Assembly (NCBI GenBank): GCA_963741955.1
Contig: CAVUKB010000001.1
Coordinates: 416,001-480,000, forward strand
Length of the DNA stretch: 64,000 nt
Direction of reading: 5' to 3'
From: an uncultured Acidobacteriota bacterium
GTDB lineage: Bacteria; Acidobacteriota; Thermoanaerobaculia; Gp7-AA8
Shown: piece by piece, positions 35,484-44,795 of the stretch
Layout: each line of letters begins with the position of its first letter
Position numbering within the stretch: position 1 is the stretch's first letter
Program-made: the position numbers and the translations under genes
Notes under the pieces: model-generated
The model's input: the letters and a program-made list of their open reading frames with translations, nothing else
What the model was told of the DNA's origin: nothing
Databases searched by the model: none

Positions 35484-36761
35484 ATGAGCAGAGTGGAAGG
35501 AAAGGGAGGAATCGGTCACGATTTCCTCGCGCGCACACTCGACGAAGTCGATTCCGATATCGCCGCCGCGATCCGTCAGGAGACGGAGCGGCAGAACGAG
35601 AACCTGGAGCTGATCGCCTCCGAGAATCACGTTTCGCGGGCAGTACTCACGGCGATGGGCTCAGTCTTCACCAACAAGTACGCCGAAGGGTATCCGCGAA
35701 AGCGCTACTACGGCGGATGCGGTCCGACCGACGTGGTCGAGGATCTGGCCATCGCGCGTGCGAAGGAACTGTTCGGAGCCGAGCACGTCAATGTTCAGCC
35801 TCACTCCGGTTCTCAGGCCAACATGTCGGTCTACTTCGCGATGCTCAAACCGGGCGACACGATCATGGGAATGGATCTCGCGCACGGCGGACATCTGACC
35901 CACGGGCATCCGCTGTCGTACAGCGGCCGCGATTTCAAAGTCGTTCCCTACGGGGTCACGCGCGAGAGTGAGACCATCGACTATGACCAGATGCAGCGTC
36001 TCGCAGAGGAGCACCGGCCCCGCATGATCATCTGTGGCGCGTCGGCCTATCCCCGGGTGATCGACTTCGCCCGGATCCGCGCGATCGCCGATTCGGTCGG
36101 AGCACTGATGATGGCCGACATCGCTCACATCGCCGGGCTGGTGGTTGCGGGACTGCATCCCTCCCCGGTGCCCCATGCGGACTTCGTCACCACCACCACG
36201 CACAAGACCCTGCGCGGACCGAGAGCGGGGCTGATCCTCTGCAAGGAACAGTACGCGAAGGATCTCGATCGCGCGGTCTTCCCCGGAGTGCAGGGTGGCC
36301 CTCTGGTCCACATCATCGCCGCCAAGGCAGTGGCCTTCCGTGAAGCGCTCACCCCGGAGTTTCGCGACTATCAGAAACAGATCGTTCTGAACGCGAAGGC
36401 CCTGGCCGACACCGTTTCGGGCGCGGGATTCCGCCTCGTCTCCGGAGGGACGGACAACCATCTGTTCCTGACCGACGTCTTCTCGAAAGGGATCACCGGA
36501 AAGGACGGCGAGAAAATGCTCGAGGACGCAGGAATCACGGCGAACAAGAACACCATCCCGTTCGATCAGAACAAGCCGATGGTCGCCTCCGGTCTGCGGA
36601 TGGGGACTCCTGCGGTCACCACACGAGGGCTCGGGGTGGACGAAATGAAACAGGTCGGCGGAATGATCGCGCGGGTACTCGACTCCCGAGGAGACGAGAA
36701 CGTGATCCGCGAAGTGCGGGGCGAGGTCCGCGAACTCTGTCGCAGATTCCCGATCTATTGA
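35484..36761 (+). CDS. glyA: Serine hydroxymethyltransferase
   Basis: [42 protein letters not shown]. Confidence 0.98.
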   Translation: MSRVEGKGGIGHDFLARTLDEVDSDIAAAIRQETERQNENLELIASENHVSRAVLTAMGSVFTNKYAEGYPRKRYYGGCGPTDVVEDLAIARAKELFGAEHVNVQPHSGSQANMSVYFAMLKPGDTIMGMDLAHGGHLTHGHPLSYSGRDFKVVPYGVTRESETIDYDQMQRLAEEHRPRMIICGASAYPRVIDFARIRAIADSVGALMMADIAHIAGLVVAGLHPSPVPHADFVTTTTHKTLRGPRAGLILCKEQYAKDLDRAVFPGVQGGPLVHIIAAKAVAFREALTPEFRDYQKQIVLNAKALADTVSGAGFRLVSGGTDNHLFLTDVFSKGITGKDGEKMLEDAGITANKNTIPFDQNKPMVASGLRMGTPAVTTRGLGVDEMKQVGGMIARVLDSRGDENVIREVRGEVRELCRRFPIY

Positions 36762-36795
36762 TGGGCGAGCTGGAAGTGCGCCTCCTTCGGATCTG

Positions 36796-38526
36796 ATGGA
36801 AGCATCCGGGATGATTCGACCCCTCGGCACGAGAGAGCGCTGGCTGATCCTCGCGGTCGGACTCGCATGGGCTCTCTCGGTCGCGCTCTGGTTCACTCCC
36901 GGATACGTCCGCCCGGATGGGATCGGGTACTTCGAATATCTTCCTTCGAGCTGGAACGACCACGATCTCGTCTTCTACGATCAGTGGGCGCAGGCGCGGC
37001 TCGTGGTCGAAGGACGCCTCCTGTTCAAGGAAGTCGCTCCGAACGGCTATCTCGCCAACCACTGGCCATCGGGGAGCGCCGTCTTCTGGTATCCGGCCTA
37101 TGTCACCGGGGACTTCCTGCGCGGCACTCCGCCATTCCGGGGATTTCCTCCGAACGGGTTCTCGCTCCCGTACGAGGTGCCGGTGGTCGCGTTCTCCGCG
37201 GTCGCAGGTCTCCTCACTCTCTTCCTTGTGTACCGCCTGTCGCGGAAGGTGGCTACGCCCGGGGCGGCGTTTCTGGCGACGATCGGGATCTGGTTCGGCT
37301 CTCCACTTCTCTGGTACTCGCTGGTGAACGGGATCACCTCGCACGTGGTCGCCGCGATGAGTGCGGCGATCTTCGTCGCGCTCGCACTCTCGTTGCGGGA
37401 GCGGCTCGACTCCTGGTCCGTCTTCGCACTCGGTCTCTCGCTCGGTTTCGTCTTTGCAGTCCGTCCCCAGAACGCGACGCTCGCGCTCGTTCCGTTCTTC
37501 CTCATCCCTCGGGACCGATGGCGCGCGCTGCTGGGCGAGTCGGCGCCCGGCATCGCGGGAACTCTGATCGGTGCTCTGCCGCAGCTGGTGGTCAGCTCCG
37601 TGATCTACGGAAACCCACTCGGTTTTCTCGTGACGGGAGGAGCGGGAGAGGCGTGGTCGAGCTTTCAGCGGATCTGGATCTGGGAACCGATCTTCTCCTG
37701 GTATCACGGACTGGTGACGTGGACCCCGTTCCTCGCGCTCGGCATCATCGGGCTGATTTTCCTCTTCCGGATCGATCGCGGACTCGCTGCTGCGGCTCTA
37801 TGGGCGTTCGCCGCACAGTGGGCGATCAATGCAACGCTCGACCGCGCGTTCTGGGGTGCATTCGCGTTCGGACAGCGGCGATTCGACGGAGTGATCGTCT
37901 TCTTCGGGATCGGCGCCGCGGTGCTCCTCGACCGTCTCCCGCGCTGGGCTGCAGTGGTGCTGACAGTCGCTGCGTCCGGATGGACCATGATGCTTCTGCT
38001 CGCGTCACGGAGCGTACTCGATCTCAATCTCTACTACCCTCCGGGAGATCTCCTGCGGGCCATCGGTACGGCGGTGACCCACACGTCGCGATGGCTGGCG
38101 CCTCTCTCCGCGCTGCCGCCGATCGCGAGACTGACGGTCGGACTGCTGATCGTTGGCGGGCTCGCGGTCGCAGCCGCGATCGCCGCAGTGTTCCTCGTGC
38201 TCTCGAGGCTCGGAGGGCGTCGCGCGGTCACGATTGCGGCGGCGCTGTGGCTCCTGGCGGCCGGAGGTTGGTTCGCCTGGGTCGGGTGGGCCGGGGCGCC
38301 CCACCTCCGTTATTTCGATCGGCTGATCACGTTCAACCGCTCTCTCGGTGCGCTCTCCGGCGGGCTGGATTCGAACATCTCGGTCCTGGAGTCGGAGCTG
38401 CAGTATCTCGAGAAGTCGGGAAGGACGGGGCTCGCGGAAAGAACGAAGAAGGATCTCGCACGACTGGTCGCGCTACGTCAGCGGGAGCTCCGGCGTCGTG
38501 GCATGACGTCTCCTGCGGTCGAGTGA
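36796..38526 (+). CDS. GT-C fold (PMT/GT39-like) polytopic membrane glycosyltransferase
   Basis: PDGIGYFEYL first-loop motif, many TMs, VRPQN, AFGQRRF; start may be ATG 36811. Confidence 0.75.
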   Translation: MEASGMIRPLGTRERWLILAVGLAWALSVALWFTPGYVRPDGIGYFEYLPSSWNDHDLVFYDQWAQARLVVEGRLLFKEVAPNGYLANHWPSGSAVFWYPAYVTGDFLRGTPPFRGFPPNGFSLPYEVPVVAFSAVAGLLTLFLVYRLSRKVATPGAAFLATIGIWFGSPLLWYSLVNGITSHVVAAMSAAIFVALALSLRERLDSWSVFALGLSLGFVFAVRPQNATLALVPFFLIPRDRWRALLGESAPGIAGTLIGALPQLVVSSVIYGNPLGFLVTGGAGEAWSSFQRIWIWEPIFSWYHGLVTWTPFLALGIIGLIFLFRIDRGLAAAALWAFAAQWAINATLDRAFWGAFAFGQRRFDGVIVFFGIGAAVLLDRLPRWAAVVLTVAASGWTMMLLLASRSVLDLNLYYPPGDLLRAIGTAVTHTSRWLAPLSALPPIARLTVGLLIVGGLAVAAAIAAVFLVLSRLGGRRAVTIAAALWLLAAGGWFAWVGWAGAPHLRYFDRLITFNRSLGALSGGLDSNISVLESELQYLEKSGRTGLAERTKKDLARLVALRQRELRRRGMTSPAVE

Positions 38527-38532
38527 TCTCGT

Positions 38533-39315
38533 CTATTTCGCTTCGACGGGCATCGGTTGGGCTGCCGGACGGTTGCGGAAGATCCGGTGCGAGTAGATTC
38601 CCTTCTTGTGAAGCTTGTAGAAGATCATCGTCTTCAGGATCTCCAGCCCGTAACGGACGGAGCGGGTGAATCCGATCTGGGAAGCCTCGTCGAAGTAGCG
38701 CGTCGCGATCGGAACCTCCCGGATTCTCATCTGTCGTGCCACTCCCTGAGCGATGATTTCCGTGTCGAACACGAAGTTGTCGGAGTTCGCTTCGAAATTC
38801 ACGCTCTCCAGATAACGGCGTGAGTACGCCCGGAAGCCCGAATGGTATTCGGAGAGGAAGACGTAGAAGGTCGCATTCTCGATCATGGTCAGGAAGAGGT
38901 TCGCGAAGTACTTCCACTTCGGCATCCCCCCTTCGATCGGACGGCCTCCGAGCATGCGCGAGCCGAAGACCGCATCGCAGCTTCCTGCGATCAGAGGCGT
39001 GATCAGCTCGGGAATGATCTTCGGATCGTACTGATGGTCGGGATGGACCATCACCATGATGTCGCCACCGAGCTCCATGGCGGTGCGGTAGCAGGTCTTC
39101 TGGTTGCCGCCATAGCCGCGATTCTTCGGATGGACCACGGTCCGGATGCCGAGACTGTTCGCCACTTCGACCGTTCGGTCACTCGAGCAGTCGTCGACCA
39201 GGAGAATCTCGTCGACCCATTCTTTCGGAATGTCTTCCCACGTCGCGTGGAGTGTTTTCTCCGCGTTGTATGCAGGCAGGACGACGATGACTTTTTTCGA
39301 GCTGTCGCGCTCCAT
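38533..39315 (-). CDS. GT2 polyprenol-phosphate glycosyltransferase (DPM1-like)
   Basis: VVLPAYNAEKTL, VDDCSSD, NRGYGGNQK, HPDHQY, EYHSGFRAY, FVFDTE. Confidence 0.9.
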   Translation of the reverse strand: MERDSSKKVIVVLPAYNAEKTLHATWEDIPKEWVDEILLVDDCSSDRTVEVANSLGIRTVVHPKNRGYGGNQKTCYRTAMELGGDIMVMVHPDHQYDPKIIPELITPLIAGSCDAVFGSRMLGGRPIEGGMPKWKYFANLFLTMIENATFYVFLSEYHSGFRAYSRRYLESVNFEANSDNFVFDTEIIAQGVARQMRIREVPIATRYFDEASQIGFTRSVRYGLEILKTMIFYKLHKKGIYSHRIFRNRPAAQPMPVEAK

Positions 39316-39462
39316 GGCTCCCCCGGTCGTGGCCGCCGAGAATAGCACACCGGGGTGACAGGGCAGCGGATCCGCGCCTCCTCTCTCGATTCCAGCGGGC
39401 GTTCGAAGCAGCCGCCACTCCGCATGGACCCCGGCTGATCCTTCCGGTAGAATCCGCGGCTC

Positions 39463-41820
39463 GTGAGTAGAGAGCGGAGACGGAAAGACTTTTACGCGAT
39501 CCTCCTGCTGATTGTCGTTTCCTCTCTTCCCCTGGCCGACCAGTTTGCCGGGCAACGCTCCTACATCCGCGATCTGACCCGTTACTACTACCCGACCAAG
39601 CGCGTGATCCGGGAAGTGCTCCGGGGCGGCGAGTTCCCGTTCTGGAATCCCTATTACTCCGCGGGGCAACCGATGGCGGCGAACCCGGAGTACGAGGTCT
39701 TTTATCCTCCGAACTGGTTGATCCTCCTCCCGAACTACGACCTCGGGTATCGGCTTCACATTCTGGTGCACCTCTGGATCGCGGCGATCGGAATGTATCT
39801 GCTGCTCCGATCGATGAGGCTCAGAATCGGGAGCGCGTTTCTCGGCGCGGTGATGTTCGCGTTCAGCGGCGTTCTGATGTCGCTGATCAACCTTCTGCCG
39901 ATCCTCTTCTGCGCGAGCTGGATTCCTCTGGTTCTCCTTTTCGCCAGACGGATGATGATCCGTCCGAACATCCGCGATTTTTCACTCGCAGCGCTCTTTC
40001 ACGGAGTGCAGATTCTCGCGGTGGAACCCACCACGCTCGCGCAGACCTGGTTTCTGATCGCGGCATACGGAGTCTGGCGGGCGTGGCGCGAGCCTCCCCG
40101 GGTGAAGAGAGCTCTCCGCAACGTGATGCTGGCCGCGCTTCTCGCCCTGGCGGGAGTCGTCGTGGGTGCAGTGCAGTTCCTTCCGGCGATCGATCACGCC
40201 CGTGATTCGGCACGGGCCCGTCCGTTCCAGCTGAGCCTGGTCACTGCGTGGAGCATGCCTTACGCGAGGCCACTGGAACTCCTTTACCCGAATGTCTTCG
40301 GCCACGTGACGCTGCGTCACGTGGGATGGTACTGGGCCAGCGGCATGTACCCGGGGACCGCGTCGCCCTTCTACTACAGCATCTATCTCGGTCTTCTCGC
40401 GGCGGTACTGGCGGGCGGAGGTCTGCTGACACGCATTCGAGGGTCAGGTCTGCTGATATGTATCCTCCCGGTCTCGGCGCTTCTCGCGCTCGGTGGCAAT
40501 ACGCCGCTGTTCGACCTCCTCTATCGAGCTCACCTCGCGCAGTCGGTGAGATACCCGGAGAAGTTCTCGCTGATGGGATTGATCGCGTTGATCATCTTCG
40601 CTGCCCGCGCGTTCGATCTGATCCGCTCCGGCGATCGGAAGCTCCTGGGGCGGGCGCTCGGAGTGGCGGCGGCAATCGGCGTGATCGCGCTCGGCATCGC
40701 CGTATTCTCGGTGACCCCCTGGTTCGATTCCGCATTCCGGGGCATCTGGGGTTTGAAGGCCACCGCGAATGCCGAGCGGATGGTGAAGATGGCGAGTCAG
40801 GACTGGTGGCTCGCCGCAGCGCGAGCGATGGGGGTCTTCGCGATTCTGATGATTCTTCGTCGATGGAAGGGTGCGGCGGTGGTGACCGTCGCGGTCATGT
40901 TCGTGATCGTGGACCTGATGCCGATCGCGTACGAAGTGAATCCGCGGGAGCCAGCATCATTTTTCCTCCAGCGTCCGCGGGTCGCGGCGACGATGGCCGC
41001 CAACCACGGTTCCTACCGCGTCTTTCACGAAGTCGACTGGTACGGCAGCACCGATGTCGCGAAGAAGTACTTCTCGACCGGATCCGCGGTGTACTGGATC
41101 GTGAGGAATGGCCTCTATCCGATGACTCCGGCCACCTGGGGGTTCCGGACGGTGCTCGAGCGCGACTACGACAAGACCGCCCTCCTTCCGAGCGTCGATC
41201 TGGTCGAATCGATGTGGGATCTGAAACGTGCGAAAAAGACGGAATGGGCGGAGCCGTTCATGGCCATGTCGAATGTCTGGTATCGCGCGGAGTACGTTCC
41301 TTTCGATGAAGAGAAGAAGCGGACCGGCGGAAACTTCTTCAAGGCCGAGCCGGTACGCTTCGTCGACGTCGGGCGGAATCCCCGTTATTACTTCGCGGAC
41401 GAAGCGGTGACGATCCGGAGCCGCCGCGATTTCGTGAAGAAGCTCGAGAACGGGACCTGGCCGGCTCGGGTGGCGTTCATCCGGCAGCCGGCGTTTCCCG
41501 TCTCGCCGGGAACGGTTCTCCACGCTCGCGAGACGCACTCGACCATCGATGTCGACGCCAGGGCAAACGGACCGTCATTGCTGGTGCTGAGCGTGACTCC
41601 TCACAAGTACTGGAAGGCGTGGATCGATGGGAGGAGAGTCCCGCTGATCACCACGAACATCGGATACCAGAGTGTCCGCTTCCCGGCCGGGCGGCATCAT
41701 CTGAGACTCGCGTACGTGAACTGGCTGGTTCTCGTTTCGGGAGTGATCTCGCTCTCGATGACCGGGCTTCTCCTCAGCTGGATCGTGATCAGTCGCTCGC
41801 GGGACGAGGAGCCCGCGTAG
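39463..41820 (+). CDS. YfhO-like GT-C membrane glycosyltransferase (2)
   Basis: RDLTRYYYP...GEFPFWNPYYSAGQPMAANPEYEVFYP, RYPEKF, WKAWIDG...PAGRHHLRLAY. Confidence 0.85.
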   Translation: MSRERRRKDFYAILLLIVVSSLPLADQFAGQRSYIRDLTRYYYPTKRVIREVLRGGEFPFWNPYYSAGQPMAANPEYEVFYPPNWLILLPNYDLGYRLHILVHLWIAAIGMYLLLRSMRLRIGSAFLGAVMFAFSGVLMSLINLLPILFCASWIPLVLLFARRMMIRPNIRDFSLAALFHGVQILAVEPTTLAQTWFLIAAYGVWRAWREPPRVKRALRNVMLAALLALAGVVVGAVQFLPAIDHARDSARARPFQLSLVTAWSMPYARPLELLYPNVFGHVTLRHVGWYWASGMYPGTASPFYYSIYLGLLAAVLAGGGLLTRIRGSGLLICILPVSALLALGGNTPLFDLLYRAHLAQSVRYPEKFSLMGLIALIIFAARAFDLIRSGDRKLLGRALGVAAAIGVIALGIAVFSVTPWFDSAFRGIWGLKATANAERMVKMASQDWWLAAARAMGVFAILMILRRWKGAAVVTVAVMFVIVDLMPIAYEVNPREPASFFLQRPRVAATMAANHGSYRVFHEVDWYGSTDVAKKYFSTGSAVYWIVRNGLYPMTPATWGFRTVLERDYDKTALLPSVDLVESMWDLKRAKKTEWAEPFMAMSNVWYRAEYVPFDEEKKRTGGNFFKAEPVRFVDVGRNPRYYFADEAVTIRSRRDFVKKLENGTWPARVAFIRQPAFPVSPGTVLHARETHSTIDVDARANGPSLLVLSVTPHKYWKAWIDGRRVPLITTNIGYQSVRFPAGRHHLRLAYVNWLVLVSGVISLSMTGLLLSWIVISRSRDEEPA

Positions 41821-42565
41821 CGCTGTTCGCGTTCGCCCGAAACGGGCCGACGCGAATGCGGGTCCGGATCACGTCCGCGAGCATCCGTGGCGAGTCCCGC
41901 AGGATTCGCACCCTCGAATCGGGCGAATTGATCCATTCCACCGCCACTTCGGCCACGGAATATCCGAGCCGCCCGGCGAGGAGAATCATCTCGACGTCAT
42001 AGGCGAAGCGGTCGATGGTGGCCTGGCGGAAGATCTCCTTCGCCGCGTCACGGCGCAGCAGTTTGAACCCGCACTGAGTGTCACGGAACGGGATGCCGGT
42101 CAGACGCCGGAGAACGAGATTGAATCCCTTTCCCATGCTCTGCCGGTACCACGGCTGCCGGACACGAACCTTCTCGACGTCGATGGCCCGCGAGCCGATC
42201 GCGATGTCGTATCCCTCGTCGATCGCTCCCTCCAGAAAGGCGAGCTGCGAGAGCGGCGTGGAGAGGTCGGCATCGGTGATCAGGACCAGCTCCCCCCGGG
42301 AGACTTCCGTCACCCCTCTCCGGATCGCGTATCCCTTCCCGGCGTTGTCGAGGTACGACACCAGCCGCAGGCGGGGATGATCCGGCATCAGAGATCGGAC
42401 CACCGAGCGGGTGAGATCACGACTGCCGTCGTCGACGACGATCACTTCTGCGATCCGTCCGGGGTTCTCGAGGTCGAATTCGAAGATCTTCCGGATGGAA
42501 GAGGGGAGCCGGGTCTGCTCGTTGTAGGCAGGCACGACGATCGAGAGCGGCTGAGGAGTCGCCAT
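41789..42565 (-). CDS. GT2 dolichyl/undecaprenyl-phosphate beta-glucosyltransferase-like (ALG5-like)
   Basis: SIVVPAYNE, VDDGSRD, NAGKGYAIRRG, DADLSTP, DTQCGFKL, FAYDVE. Confidence 0.9.
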   Translation of the reverse strand: MATPQPLSIVVPAYNEQTRLPSSIRKIFEFDLENPGRIAEVIVVDDGSRDLTRSVVRSLMPDHPRLRLVSYLDNAGKGYAIRRGVTEVSRGELVLITDADLSTPLSQLAFLEGAIDEGYDIAIGSRAIDVEKVRVRQPWYRQSMGKGFNLVLRRLTGIPFRDTQCGFKLLRRDAAKEIFRQATIDRFAYDVEMILLAGRLGYSVAEVAVEWINSPDSRVRILRDSPRMLADVIRTRIRVGPFRANANSATRAPRPASD

Positions 42566-42603
42566 CAGCGTCCGCGATTATTGCACAGCCTGAGGAGAGT
42601 TTC

Positions 42604-43977
42604 TTGTCACGTCATTTCTATTGGACATTGGCGGTGATCGGTGCCATCGCACTGATGCTGTTCGGGGCCGTACAGTTCCTGCGGCAGATCCACCCCGATG
42701 ACGGCTCGTACATTCCGCGGCCGGTCGACCCCACCCCCGAGATCGAGATGCTGCGCAACTACGTGCGGATCGATACGTCGACTCCGGAAGGAGAAGTCGC
42801 CGGCGCAAAATACCTGATCCGGCTGCTCCAGCAGGCGGGGATCTCTTCGGAGCTGATCGAGTCGGCTCCGGGACATGCCAATGTTTATGCGCGGATTCGC
42901 GGCTCCTCGCAGAGCGGTGGACTGATGCTGCTCCACCACATCGACGTCGTTCCCGCGGACCCGAAGGACTGGAGCGCGCCTCCATTCGAAGGGCGGATCA
43001 CCAGTGGTCTGATGTGGGGCCGCGGGACGATCGACATGAAGGGAATCGGCATTTGCGAGCTCGCAGCGTTCGTCGCCATCGCACGTTCGGGAAAGAGACC
43101 GCTGCACGACGTCGTCTTTCTCGCCGTGGCCGACGAAGAGCATGGAGGACGGCTGGGGATGGAGTGGATCGCCGAACACCGGCCGGACGTCCTCGAGGGG
43201 ATCGACTTCGCCATCAACGAGGGCGGCATCACGGAGATGAAGGGCGACGAGCTCACGTATTTCGGAGTGGAGATCGGGACCAAGGCATGGATGAAGGCGC
43301 GCGTCGTCTCGGATTCGAAGGAGAAGCTGGAGGAGGCACGCATCGCGCTCGAGCCGTACTACTCACCGAGGGAGCCCAACGAGATTCTCCCCGCTGTCCG
43401 CGAATACTTCGCGAGCATTGCTCCCTACCGCATCGAAGCTCGGAGCCTGCTCGGAGACATCGACCGGACTGTCGCCCGTGGCGAGTTCTGGAAGCTCGAC
43501 TCGAGCTACCGGGATCTGACCCAGAACAACGTGGGGAGTTCCGGGATCGCCCGGAGTCCCGACGGAAGATGGTCGATGAGGGTCTATCTCGATCTGCTGC
43601 CCGGCGTCGACGGAAAAGCGTACCTGAAGAATCTGCACCGGAAGTTCTTCCCCGATGCGGAGGTCACTCTGCTCGGCGACAGTGGACCGATCGGCTTCTC
43701 GTCCTGGACGACCCCGTTCAGCGCCGTGCTGAAAGCGGAGATCGCGCGGCAGTATCCTGGCGCTCCGGCGGGCCCGGTGATTCTTTCGCGCTCCTCGACC
43801 GATTCCCGGTTTCTCCGCGCGCGAGGAATCGAGGCTTACGGCCTGATGCCGTATCGGGTCAACTTCTTTCAATCTCACGGAGTGCATGCTGTGGACGAGA
43901 ACATCCGTCTCGACTGGTTTACCGAGGGAGTGGAGTTGACGCGGAACGTGGTGAAACGATGGTGTGACGTTCAGTGA
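42604..43977 (+). CDS. Membrane-anchored M20/M25/M40 metallohydrolase (1)
   Basis: N-terminal TM; HHIDVVPA, GRGTIDMKG, ADEE, NEGG, DSRF, HAVDE metal ligands. Confidence 0.9.
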   Translation: MSRHFYWTLAVIGAIALMLFGAVQFLRQIHPDDGSYIPRPVDPTPEIEMLRNYVRIDTSTPEGEVAGAKYLIRLLQQAGISSELIESAPGHANVYARIRGSSQSGGLMLLHHIDVVPADPKDWSAPPFEGRITSGLMWGRGTIDMKGIGICELAAFVAIARSGKRPLHDVVFLAVADEEHGGRLGMEWIAEHRPDVLEGIDFAINEGGITEMKGDELTYFGVEIGTKAWMKARVVSDSKEKLEEARIALEPYYSPREPNEILPAVREYFASIAPYRIEARSLLGDIDRTVARGEFWKLDSSYRDLTQNNVGSSGIARSPDGRWSMRVYLDLLPGVDGKAYLKNLHRKFFPDAEVTLLGDSGPIGFSSWTTPFSAVLKAEIARQYPGAPAGPVILSRSSTDSRFLRARGIEAYGLMPYRVNFFQSHGVHAVDENIRLDWFTEGVELTRNVVKRWCDVQ

Positions 43978-43986
43978 CAGGGGTGG

Positions 43987-44090
43987 TGACGCAAAATGTC
44001 ATCTTTCGGTGCGCCGAATGGGCGCTTACTTTGTAAGTCTTTGAATTTAAAGGGCGATGAACTCCCGCTTCCGTTGGTATCTCGTTTGTA
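43987..44090 (+). promoter_or_regulatory. Sigma54-type pilin promoter with UAS palindrome and IHF-like site
   Basis: TGAC-GCAAAAT-GTCA (43987-44001); TAAGTCTTTGAAT IHF-like site (44034-44046); TGGTAT-CTCGT-TTGTA (44075-44090). Confidence 0.65.
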
Positions 44091-44140
44091 AGGCAACCTC
44101 ACGGATTGGTCCAATCCATTAACAGGAGGGAGAGAATTTT

Positions 44141-44659
44141 ATGATTCGTATCACGCGCAAGCAGAAGGGCTTCACACTCATCGAGCTGCTGATCGTCGTC
44201 GCGATCATCGGCATCCTGGCCGCCATCGCCATTCCGAACCTGCTCACCGCAATGCAGCGGTCGAAGCAGAAGAGGACGATGGCAGACATCCGTACCATCG
44301 CAACCGCCTGGGAAGCCCGTGCCACGGACACCAGCTCGTACAACGCGGCTGCGGCTTCGATCACCTTCCCCTCTACGACCGTTAACGTCTCCACCCTTCA
44401 GAAGGCTCTCCAGCCGACGTACATCCGCGCGTTTCCTACGAAGGACGGATGGAATAACGACTACGCCTTCTACGCCGACCAGGCGTGGGCAACCAGTTCC
44501 ACGGCCGCCAAGGCGAATGCGTACGGCATCCAGTCGGACGGTAAGGACGCAGTCGCTGGTACGTGTCCGAGCGATCCTTCACGCACCACCGATTTCGATT
44601 GCGACATCTGCTACACGAATGGCACGTTCATTCAGTGGCCTGAAGGCGTGCAGAACTGA
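44141..44659 (+). CDS. Type IV pilin / GspG-like pseudopilin
   Basis: Class III signal RKQKG|FTLIELLIVVAIIGILAAIAIP with Glu5; KDGWNNDY and SDGKD GspG-like motifs; strong AGGAGG RBS; own terminator. Confidence 0.93.
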   Translation: MIRITRKQKGFTLIELLIVVAIIGILAAIAIPNLLTAMQRSKQKRTMADIRTIATAWEARATDTSSYNAAAASITFPSTTVNVSTLQKALQPTYIRAFPTKDGWNNDYAFYADQAWATSSTAAKANAYGIQSDGKDAVAGTCPSDPSRTTDFDCDICYTNGTFIQWPEGVQN

Positions 44660-44684
44660 TCGCTTTCGACGATCTCGATTTTCC

Positions 44685-44717
44685 GAAGGGCGCCCTCCGT
44701 GGCGCCCTTCTTCGTTT
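44685..44717 (+). terminator. Intrinsic terminator after the pilin gene
   Basis: GAAGGGCGCC-CTCCGT-GGCGCCCTTC followed by TTCGTTT. Confidence 0.8.
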
Positions 44718-44795
44718 CTGCCGCCATCCATCGGAACTTCCGTGACCGCACTGAGCTGATCTATACTCGATCGTCGTCGATCGACACCGTCTGGA

